Position numbers and translations under genes: made by a program
From: Bugula neritina
Lineage: Eukaryota; Animalia; Bryozoa
Length of the DNA stretch: 64,000 nt
Direction of reading: 5' to 3'
Assembly: GCA_964035545.1 (NCBI GenBank)
Contig: OZ037767.1
Coordinates: 21,902,628 to 21,966,627, forward strand
Notes under the pieces: generated by a model
Told to the model about the DNA's origin: nothing
The model's database searches: none
Seen by the model: the letters and a program-made list of their open reading frames with translations, nothing else
Shown: piece by piece, positions 43,130 through 54,600 of the stretch
How the letters are laid out: each line of letters opens with the position of its first letter
Position numbering within the stretch: the first letter of the stretch is position 1

Positions 43130-43668
43130 TTATTATATATATATATATATTATAATAATATATTATATATTATTATATATTATATTATATTATATATATA
43201 TATTATACAAGTATAATAATATTATATATAATATATATTATATTATATTATATATATATATATATTATACAAGTATAATAATATTATATATAATATATAT
43301 ATATATATTATAATAATATATATATATATTTTAATAATATATATATATATTTTAATAATATATTATTATATTATATATTATATTATATATATATTATATA
43401 TATATAATATCATATATAATATATTATTATATTATATATTATATTATATATGATATATATATATATTATAATAATATATTATACATTAATATATTATATA
43501 ATATATTATATATATTATATATATAATAATATCATATATATTATTATATTATATATTATATTATATATAATAACATCATATATAATATATTATTATATTA
43601 TATATTGAATTATATACATTATATATATATAATGATATTATATATAATATATATATATACACATATAA

Positions 43669-43719
<51 letters not shown>

Positions 43720-43730
43720 ATATATATACA
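43130..43730. repeat. Degenerate AT-only low-complexity tract
   Basis: Mixed TA/TAT/TAA runs. Confidence 0.95.
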
Positions 43731-46700
43731 TGCCAAATATTTACTACAAAATTCAAAAATAGCATAAATTAAGTAGTTTTACCGTGCCTATTTGCATCCA
43801 ATTAACTAGTCTTACATTTATAGCAACTGTAACGTATTTTGTGTATAATGGTTATTGCAAGCATTATTCAATTCATATTCACATTAAAATCACAGCGAAG
43901 CTTTAACTTTATAGCTTTGTATTTATGTGCATGATTGAGTTTTAATTTTATGTGCATTAAAAATGTGTTTAAAAACTTTACCAATAAAAAAATTAAAAAA
44001 AATGTACACATAAAATCGAAAAAAAAAAAAAATAACAAAAGTGGCAAAATTTTTCCTTTATAACTTATATAAACTCGCGGTACCAATCTCGGCATAATGG
44101 CGCCCATATGATTCCGTAAGATTTGCTAATGGCAACACTCTTAAATATACCACACTGCTGCTTATAAAATCAATCTTACGTCGAGTGGAAAATAGCCATG
44201 TTTCATAAAAGTGATGTTACTTTTAGTAGGTAACCGTCATTGATTACAAAATAAAGGTAGTGCAGGTTCCCGCGCTATTAGTCGTTATGTAAACTCGAGG
44301 CACGTGACTTTCATGTGATGGACTAAGTTGATGATCAAGATTTTTAGCACTCCGTAACTGTAAGCCTTTACTGTAGTTAGGTTTGTCGCCAAGCTTTTAC
44401 TTTCTGCGCAAGCCATATTTTCTTTGTTCTTCATTACTGTAGCATTAAAGTTCAGTTCTTTTGTGGTAAATACCTCTACAACTTAAACTACAAACTAAAA
44501 ATCAACATCGTCAATAATTACAATTATTGTTAACTGATCAATTTTAAGGAATCAGTTTTAAAATTTGAAAATAAAATTAAATTAGTCATTATCATTATGA
44601 TCATGATTTATTAATTACTCTTAGTTATACATATAGTCATTAGACTTAGTTTATCAATAATAGTATATATATTATATAATTATTTATTGATGATAATTAT
44701 TATAACTATTATTACTAAAAGTAATTATTATCATAATAATTACTTTTAGTTTTACTTTTAGTATTAGTTTACTTTTAGGTTTGAGTTTTACTTTTAGATT
44801 CAGTAGCTGGCAATCTACTTCTAGTAGTACTAGTAGTACTAGTAGTAGTTTAATTTCTTAAGGCTAAGCCAACTATGTCTATTATCATTACTCTTAGTAT
44901 TACTATTACTATTAGTATTACTCTTACTCTTAGTCTTACTCTCAGGCTTAACCATTGGAAATAGAAATACTAATAGTAATACTAATAGTAATAGTAATAG
45001 TACTACTATTGGTATTACTCTTGTTAATCCTAATGTCAATGAATTGAACTGTTTTAGCAGTAAAACTAAATAATAAAATAAAATTATAAAGTTTAAATTT
45101 TATTTTATCATTTTGAATAATTCAAGAGTGTACTATAAATTATACTAAACTTTCAGTATTACAGCATTACCATTGATTCACCCTAAGTGTAAGTACCAAG
45201 TCCATTATAGTCTTTTAATTATAAAAATTTGTTATAATCAGTGTCTTATTAGCTTATACAATGTACTTATAAGTAATTGTTGAATTCTGTTTCTATCCTC
45301 ACTATTACTGCAGTAATGGCTAATCCTAATTTATCTTTGAATACAAATTTAGTTGTGAGTTTAGTTTGATTCAAGTAGACTAATATTTCAATAAAGAAAA
45401 GGACTGCATAACAATTAACTACATTACAAAATCTACGCAAGTATTACATAGCATCAAAACTTGCAACACTATCACAAAGCCATTGGTAACTTTGAAATAA
45501 TGATACTTAATACTTGAAAATTTGTTAGAAGAAAATAGTTCAAATTGAACTTGCTAGTACATAAATTCCATTATATACCAACTATAATAGAATGTGATAC
45601 TAATGTGCACTTCTTGATCATAATGGGTTATATTTCATATTGCACCACGGCCTATTTAGTAAGGGATAATTAAAGATCTGAATAAATAAATAGTTCAGCT
45701 TCAAAGCATACAAAATGTAGATTAAATAATAATTTTATATCATATTTATATTGTTAACCTAAATGCTGTTCGTATTGTATGTCATAAATTTACAAGATTT
45801 GAAACTGAGCAAAGTTCGCTTCTTTTCTCTAAATGGGGCGAAATTGGTAGGTAGTAACTTTCCAGTGCTTTTTCTTTTGAATAATTTTTGTTGGTTGATA
45901 TAAGTTGGCTATAACGTTTTTCTTTTAATGTTCTTCATGTTTCAAAAATGTAGCAGTTTTTTATTTAGTTGAATTATCATTCTCATTATAATTAAATTTA
46001 ATGGTCAACTGTTTAGGTGATTTTTGGTGCAAATCACTTAAACATGTCAAATAACAGGCAGATGTGTTATTTCGCCAATAATTTGTACCCTCAATAATCA
46101 CCAGTTACAAGAATAAAAGTTAGTGTGCTTATAGAGTTATAGTTTTTCTAACATACCAGTAGCCCTGATAAAGGAGTACGTGCCCTCTGAAAGCCTGTTC
46201 ATAGTTATGGACACACGGTCTTCACTAAAAGCAACAAAAAAATTAATTTAAAATTCAATAATACTGGAGCAAACTAATTTTTATTTTATTATCTGAATGG
46301 TTTAAAAAAATTTAAGTTATTTGAAAGTATGTTGAGGCAGCTCTTGACGGACAAAACACCAACCTTATATGTTAAATCCTGACATTGCGGTATTGGTGCA
46401 ACATTTTTATACTACATAACAGATATATAGGTTTAGTTCACTGAAAGTCTATAAATAGCTAAATTTCATCAATCACAATTGTTCAATATCAAATATTTGC
46501 AACCTTAGTAATTTAGAAGCTGCAACATTGGTGCAGTGTTCGTTTCACATATTTATTGTGAAAACTTAAATCAGGCTCTGTCAACTTATCAAGTAATGAT
46601 ATTGTGTCTTACGTTATTTGATGTCAAACTTTTTCGCTTGCCACGATTATTCTGAATAGTGAATTGTTGATTTAAAACTTGTTTTTTTGAGATTTTAAAA

Positions 46701-46946
46701 TGCTTACTTTTACCACAACTAAAAATTACTGCTGTATTGTATCTTTTGTCATGAAACAGAGATATTGATAACTTGAAATTACACATTTTCCAACTAGTGT
46801 TTTATGCAGTAAAGCTTTTATGGCATTCATATCAGTTTAAAATGTTGAGTTTATAACTTGTGAGATTATTTTGTCTCATGTCTTTTTGCCTCATTGTGGT
46901 TGTCTGATTCAGGATACTGTGCTGTGCAAACAGTAACACAAGTATT

Positions 46947-49900
46947 ATGGCTGATAAAATTGCAAAGATTGGCAAGAATTTAGTCAAGTCCGTCACCACC
47001 GGCCAAGTGAGTAGGCTATGTCTTTTATCGAATGAGATAACCTGTGGCTATGGTTTGATAGGCATGCTATTGCTTTTAGTTGTTTGGTATTTTTTGATGA
47101 AGTAATTTGTCAAAAAAGATCTAAATATTTTAATTTCAGTAGGTTAGAAACTAAACTCAAAATTTTTTTCACCATGTTTGTGGAAACCAATGGCGTAATT
47201 GTGTTGTTTTCTGTTACTAGTGTGGCTTACCTTAAATTATGTGGTTGTGTGACAGTTATAGCAAGTCACTTTAGTCACATTTATTTCACCAGTTTTATTT
47301 ATCTTGTCTATCTTTTGCACTAAAGAACCATAAGACTTGAATATTTTTCCTAGGAAGTGCCGTTGGAAACTTTTTGGGCAGATTCATCGTGCGTTATCAC
47401 GTTTTTGAGGAGATTTGGGTGACAGTACTGTCGCCTATCAGCACGTGAGTTGAGCTCGCTGAAGCCACAGCTTGATGCTCACCGTGTGCGTATGATAGGC
47501 ATTGGACTAGAGGAGCTGGGAGTTGAGGAGTTTGTTGAAGGAAAATTCTTCGATGGAGGTGAGTTCTACTGAATCAAATGACTTTTATAGTGTAAAGCAT
47601 CGCTTTGAACTCTTCAATTGATTGTCATTAGTTATTAATTATTATTAATGCACAATATTTGTGTAATATATTATTACTTATATTTATAATGACTACTACT
47701 AGAGAATTAATTTAGCAAACATGATGTCAGAGCCTTCATATTTGTTGTAAATAATGAAGTATTAGCCAGGACATCGATTTCATCTTGTTACTGGAACATG
47801 ATTCTAATGTAGATTTTCCTTTGACATTATTTATTATAGCAATATTTGAAAAGCTGTAAACTTAGAACATTTTTCATAGTTATTATGTAGCATAGTTTTG
47901 AGACTTTACATTATTTTAATAGGGTCACTTTACTTTATTTAGTACACATCAGCAAGTTAGGACCAACAACTAAAATTTGCTCAAAATTCATGTGCTGATT
48001 CTAACTATGTATAGCAAGAAACTGGGAGAGATTTGACAACATTATAGCACATCATTGTCATATGAGCTAAATGTTTCTATATATACGGACCAGGATGAAA
48101 AACCATCACGTTTTTGTATATCCCAATCTACTAAAACATAGGGAAATGACCTAGAAAATCAAGTAAAATTAGAAGAAAAAAAACTAAATTATTTATCTGT
48201 ATTTGTTTATATTTTATTAGTTTAGGGCAAGAAACCATGTGCATTAGCATCTTAATTGCAAAAAATAGCTGAAAGCTAGAGATATCTAGTATGAACTAAA
48301 TGACCCAATACCAAGTGTGATAAAATTAAATGGATTTGTATAGCCTTTGGGTGAAGGTAGTTGGTACATATAAATTCTGTTTTGTTGATAGAACTATATA
48401 TTGATACAAAGAAGCAATGCTACAAAGACATGCAATATAACAGGTGAGTATTTTCTATGGTGTACACAAGTGTTTCAAACTGATTAGTTCAGGTTTTCAA
48501 ACATAAGCAGGGAAACGCTTGGCTAATTGTGTGTATCGTATATTTTTAAAAAAATGTTCTACTTTTATCTGGTTTAAAATAATAATCAGTTTGGTTTTAC
48601 TCTTCTTGAAAGTTTAGTGTATTCATATAGAGTACAAGATATTGTTTTGTGTTTATTTTCAAAGTTTGTGACCTCAAGTAGAATCTAGCTACAAGTGTTT
48701 AAATCACATGCTTTCTAAAACTATAAAGGGGTGTTGGGTGACATAGTGTTCGCTATGTAAATATTCAGTGTTATTCAGATACAAGGTGTGTTTTAAATCA
48801 GTGCATTTTTAGAATTATACTTGGATAAAACCATGAAAGATAGAAATATTTTGATGTATTCTATGTAAAGCTGAGGTTAAAAGTAACAAATAGCCTTTCT
48901 AGTATATTAGCCTGTTTTTTCCTGCTGTACCTTGACTGTTTGCTGAAATTTCTCTGTTGAAAGTTGATGTTTTCTAAGGTTTTTGTTGTTATATGTATTT
49001 TTTAAACAAGAGTAGTATTTTGCCTGATTTCAGTTTGTATTTAAAGTAATGTTCCCTATGTTGTCCCACCAATGCTTCAAATATTTCTATTTGCTGCTCT
49101 GTTTATTTATCGACAAAAACCTTGTAATTTATGAGTTTGTTCTTTTGTAGGTTATCTTTATTTGCAGTGCTGAGACAGCTTTTTACAAAACTAGCTCGAG
49201 ATCGATACAGTGAGGTGTGTATGAATTACTGCCACATATTTGATAATACCAAAGGCTTGGTAGAGTGATGTGATTATGTGTTAGTATACCTCTATTAGTA
49301 CACGTGCATTAGTATACCTGTATTACAGTGTTAGTATACCTCCATCAATACACTTGCATTAGTATTACATACACTTACATTGTATTAGTAATTAGTATGT
49401 ACCTCCATTAGTGTCCCTGTATTGGTATGTACCTGTATTCTAAAATTTCGGTGGTTGGAGCTAATGTCTAACTTGGCAGTTGTAATCTCATATTGTATAG
49501 AATAGATGATAAAATTCCTCCAGGTTTCTGTCTTGAAAGATTTATTTTTAAAAAAATCTAAATCATGGGATTTACTCATAAATCAAAAATTATTATTAAT
49601 TATGAATCACAGTTCTCTGGGTAGCCTTTATAATAAATTTGTCATTAATAAAAAATAACATTTCTTATTATAGTTTTATTATTATACAAATATGTTAAAA
49701 GTCATAGTGTTTGTATGCTAAGCTGTGTTGAGATAAAGAAAGTCCAGTCATATGCATCAGTGCAGGTGGTTACAAAAGTGATTTCATGTGTAAGACAGCT
49801 CTAATTACCTCACTTGGGGTGCCAAATATAATTTTTACTGGTTATTTTAGCAACCTCAGGATTAACCTGAGGTTGCAAAGGTTCACACGAATAGCAGATG

Positions 49901-50545
49901 CACTAGAGCCCTTACATATGTACTGCAGTTCCGTTGCTTCGTTTCCATGCGCCGAGTGAATCCATAGGATGCTCCTACATATGGATTTTTGTTTACGTTT
50001 TGATACAGCTGTTCCCAAACATCAATGAAAAATTCATGAAATGGAAACAAAGCAATGGGAAAGCAGTGATGCACAGCTTAAAGCTGTAAAACATACGAAT
50101 AAAGCTTTTTACAGTGAAATAGAACAAACGTTTATATAGTAGAGTTGAGACTATATCACAATGTATGCCTAAGACATTTAACACACCCATAAGAGTTACT
50201 TTATGAAATTTAACGTTTCCAAGGCTTTTTACTGCCTACATGAAATTGAAAGTAAAGATACAACATTCGTGAATATCATGCCTCCACATAGAAAATATTA
50301 CTTGTCTTATTTATTACTGTTACTATTTATTATAGTCCAAGAAACTTGGTGGTGATCTTAAAGGAGATGGGCTCCAAAATGGTGGAACTCTCGTTGTGGA
50401 GAAGGGAGGAAAGGTCTTACTCAATTTTGTGCAGACGAATGTAGCTGAACATGTAGAACCATCAGATGTTCTGAAGGCGTTAGGTATATCACCTCCTGAA
50501 CAGGGAGCATCTGCTGACCAGGGGGCTGCCGCTGCTGCCAACTAG
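46947..50545 (+). CDS. PRXL2B: Peroxiredoxin-like 2B / prostamide-PGF synthase (SelU2, FAM213B) homolog, selenocysteine form, 196 aa
   Basis: Exons 46947-47006, 47354-47558, 48392-48443, 49151-49214, 50336-50545, GT-AG with consistent phases; MADKIAKIGKNLVKSVTTGQEVPLETFWADSSCVITFLRRFG-U-QYCRLSARELSSLKPQLDAHRVRMIGIGLEELGVEEFVEGKFFDGELYIDTKKQCYKDM...GDLKGDGLQNGGTLVVEKGGKVLLNFVQ...; in-frame TGA at 47420-47422. Confidence 0.92.
47922..48306. mobile_element. GGGTCA-ended MITE in PRXL2B intron 2
   Basis: GGGTCACTTT...AAATGACCC; body closely matches ~53098-53490. Confidence 0.65.
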
Positions 50546-50614
50546 ACTTCCTCAAATGAACAATGCACTCTACAATCACTCGAACACTGGTTAATACTTG
50601 TTTTGTAACATCAT

Positions 50615-50681
50615 TGTCTAAATAATGACATGCATGGCTGAACCAGGACACTGAAGCTATGCATTGATGAATGTTGAGACA
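50615..50681 (+). promoter_or_regulatory. SECIS element (form 2) in the PRXL2B 3' UTR
   Basis: AUGAC core 50625-50629; helix II AUGCAUGGCU/AGCUAUGCAU; apical GAA with mini-helix CAG-GACA-CUG; 3' core UGAU 50665-50668; helix I UGUCU.AAUA/UGUU.AGACA. Confidence 0.9.
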
Positions 50682-50833
50682 TTTTTGTATAAAAACGAGA
50701 AATTATCTCAGTGTGGACATATGTCTAGGGACTGCTCAACCCGTGTGATCAGGAGTCTACCTCTTTTGATTATCAAATAATTTTGTTCATTATGATAGTT
50801 ATACAATCTATATTATTTTCTGATGCGTAAATG

Positions 50834-50843
50834 AATAAATAAA
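50834..50843 (+). terminator. Polyadenylation signals (overlapping AATAAA) of PRXL2B
   Basis: gAATAAATAAATa ~290 nt after the stop codon, downstream of the SECIS. Confidence 0.6.
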
Positions 50844-51638
50844 TACCGGGAAACAAAATCATCAGTGTTTAATTAATGTACTGTTGAAGCAACTTACCTT
50901 AAATATGCCTATGCTAGTCTGGACTTTCCTAGTATTTCATAAAATAATTTACATCTCTGCAAACTGGCCTAAAACTCTGAAACCAACAGCATTGTCAAAA
51001 TTGAACATTTAGGAGCAGTAGTGGATAAATTGAGATAGCCTAAGTTCTTTAAATTTCTTTATAAAATTTGGTTTGGGGCGTGAATCGAGATTCTTGCAAG
51101 AACATAACTTTTGCTACATTTCTAATCTAGAACACAGGCTTTTCTCGATTTCTCCATTACTGCACCTACTTCATATTGAACAGCTCACTTCATCCAACGT
51201 TTTTAACCAACACTTATCAAACTTCGTCTCGCAAGTAAAATATTTCCACAGCTAGCTTAACCCTGTTAGGCCCGGTGTAGCATATACCCTACATCAACTT
51301 TCAATGCATAGTCTACAATTGCAACCAATTACAAGTAGCCACAATCAAGGTCTCCAAGCATTCATAGGTTACTATAGCAACAAACCACAATATAATACAA
51401 CCTCCAATCACTACGAGTACAGCAGCCAATCATGAGCAGTAAAGCACACTAGCAGCAACCCAACAAACCAATCATCCACAATCAAAACCACATTGTTCAC
51501 ACCTCATCCATGATGGTGATTGATGATATGGGAATGAATGGGTTGACATAGAATGTGAATGTGACAGGATATTACATAACTATCATTATAGCAATAGGAC
51601 GCAAATGATTATAGAGCAATGTTATTATGAAAGCTGTA

Positions 51639-54600
51639 CTAAGTTGCAAATCTAGCTGCACATACTATCGCAAGGCTTTTCAGTGCATTTTTGTGATTCA
51701 TTATGAGATCCTTCACAATAGTTTCCGAAATACAAGGGTGCAGGGTTTGTGCAGCTTCTGCTTCTCTCCTTTTGACAATAGTAGGTACAGTTAGACCATT
51801 CACTCCATACTGTCCAGTTACCATCGACTAAAACATGTTACCATGAGATGAAACAACCATTGCTTATGGTTATACACATATGTACCATAAAAGCAACATA
51901 GATAAAGTTTATATTTTAGAATGATGCGTTTTAAAATGACTAAACCAAAAAAGTTCCAATTTTAATTCTATGGCCAGAAATTAATTGATCTCATTTACAT
52001 TTTCACACTATTTTTTTAAATTTTGGGTGAATTGCAATTTCTGAAGACTGTACTTCGTAAACATGGCATGGCATTTAAAAACTAGTATAGTTGGGGGCTG
52101 AAATTTAACAAACTAGATTCCCATGTTGAAAGTTGAGCGTATGTATACATTCTTCTACAAACACTAAGGTACAGTGGTCAAGATTTACATTATAACATGA
52201 TATAGGAGAATGTGAATTGAAAAAAATTCAAATATAACAGATGTAAAATTCTAAGGTGTGAATTTCCAATGCAAATAGACATTGAAAAAGAAATGGAGCT
52301 ATACAAAACTCTTCTTTATCAGATAGATATATATTTATGAAAGAGTCTGACAATTGAGAAGGGAATTGACCTACTTGGGCAGCTGCTGTTGTAGCACCAG
52401 CTCATGTCTGTCATATTTCCTTCACAGTCTCGACCTCCATTGGCTGGCTCGGGATTGTCACAAGTTCTGTTACGAGTGATGTTAGCATAGGAACAGAAAG
52501 ATGCGGGACAGTCAGACCAATTATCCCACTCACTCCAACCTCCGTGAATAATTTCTATAAGATTATCAACTACATACAACATACAAAAGAGAATTAAAGC
52601 CAATGCCACCAAAAACCAAAACTCTTAAATTTTAATTTTTTCAAATAGGCTACATATTTCTAGCTCTTGCAACAGTCCAATTTTATGACCAATTAGATCA
52701 GCTACTCTATAAAGATGTAGTTTTGTATCAGCTTTAGATTTGACCAAAAGGATATAAATAATTTATAGTTTATATTTATAGTTAACAATTTTATGAGAAA
52801 ACTAATAATCTACTGCTATAGATACTTGGTGCAAGCTCAAATAGTTGCAAAAGAGAAAAGTCTTACCAATGCCATACTGGCAGAGGGCAAATTTAAAGTC
52901 TGTACACGCTGTCGATGACCACTCCCAGGTAGATGAGGATGCAGTTGTACAATCCCCAGTCGATGGCTGCCCACTGCCCCAATGAGTAAAACTTTGAGGG
53001 ATCTCTGGGTCCCATTCTCTAGTGGATGTGGTGGTGTTGTAGTAAAGCCCGATATAGTAATCTGATGTGGTGCTCACACCAAAGCTAGTACTAAAAATGG
53101 ATTATTTTACTTGATTTAGTACACATCAGCAAGTTAGGAAAAAAAATTAAAGTTTGCTCAAAATTTATTATATGGGGTGAGTTTATGTGAGCTGATTCTA
53201 ACTGTGCATAGCAAAAAGGCTGGGGGAGCCCTGCAGCATTAAAGCACATCATTGTCATATGAGCTAAATATATAATGTATATGGACTGTAATGGTTTTTT
53301 CATCATGGTCAGTGTATCCCAACCCACTAATAGATTAGAAAAAAAAAACATAGAAAATAAAGCAGAATTAGAAAAACCGTGATTACTCGTTTTATTTGTT
53401 AATATCTTATTAGTTTAGGGCAAAAAACTCATACATTAGCAGCTAAATTTAAAAAAATAGCTAAAACCTAAAGATATTGAGTTTGTACTAAATTAAGGAA
53501 AAAAACCCAAATGTGGCATGCAGCATATAATCACCATACTGTCTCTATCCATATTGATATGTTTTAGTAATAGTAGGTGAGTAGCAGGTACTAAGAGCTA
53601 GCAACATTAAAATAATTTTCACAAACATCTTTTGAGGAATGCTAAATGTTGCTATCTATACTCTCAATTCATGCTAAAAGCTTCATGTTTTCATGAATGA
53701 AAATTGGGCCAGAAGTTGCAATCAAAGTAACTGTCTACTTTCTATTGAAACTTCAGCAAGAGTTGGGACAAAGTCTGCATAAATTCAAGGAGGGGGAGGA
53801 GTGTCAAGTCCCCAGGTAACAAGAAGAAAAACTTACTCTTATCAAGCATAAACTTTTCAAACTACAAGTCATAGAGAAACGAAATCCTAAATTTTTAAAG
53901 TATGTCTATAGCTGAAGTTAGAAAAACAGTCATGGAATAAGTCATACAGTATACACTCACTCTGCAACTATAGCCTCAAACACGTCCCACAATTCTGAGT
54001 CATCAAGTATGGCGAGTCTGGCATCTTCCCTTTGAGTCCCGCTGACGCAAGCAGCCTGAGAGGCAGCGTAATCCTGGGTGGTCTCTATGAAGGCTAAACA
54101 TTTCTCTTTTGTGAATGTAGCTGCCACCCAGTCACCATCCTCACAATCTAAAATTTATAGTTTTGAAAACTCCTAATAATTATACTGTCATCACTTTGGA
54201 AAGTATGCTTACTTCGGAATTGCCTTTCCTCAGTTACAAAAACCAAATGACAACCCTATTTGTGTGGCAATGCTGGTAATAATATAAATCTAAAGGATTC
54301 AGATCTAGCCACTTTCATTAAAAATTATGTTGGTGTGTTGGCCTATTTTATGTTTAATATTGTGTTAGGCTTTGATTTCACTACTGGTACCTGTATAACT
54401 AAACTTAAATATAATCAAGTTAATAGTCTGCAAGTGATTTTATAATATATACACATCACCACATTGAGTACTACTACATGCATGTGCAGAAAATTTTTTG
54501 AGGAAAATTACAAATGTCACATCTTCTATGCAGCCACCCTAGAACTTATATTTGTTTTTGGGAATTAGCTGATGTGCATCATTCAATTTTAGGTCACCAT

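Larger units (their letters stand above)
38925..44157. mobile_element. hAT-like non-autonomous element with ~280-bp inverted arms and an 8-bp TSD, hosting Gypsy element 3
   Basis: Ends CAGTGTGGTATA.TTAAGAGTGTTG / CAACACTCTTAAATATACCACACTG; CTGCTTAT duplicated at 38917-38924 and 44158-44165; 38925-39205 is an inverted copy of ~43875-44157. Confidence 0.88.

Noticed and set aside
44839-45039. Hydrophobic 66-aa ORF resembling a membrane peptide
   Set aside because: Derived from TAG/TAA/TTAC simple repeats
47420-47422. TGA as an inactivating nonsense mutation
   Set aside because: It falls exactly at the redox Cys, the downstream exons are intact and a SECIS is present
49849-49875. Short perfect hairpin GCAACCTCAGG-attaa-CCTGAGGTTGC
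   Set aside because: Intronic with 11-bp arms beside a dispersed repeat; no supportable function
50323-50651. Minus-strand ORFs over 50323-50651
   Set aside because: Antisense shadows of the PRXL2B last exon and UTR
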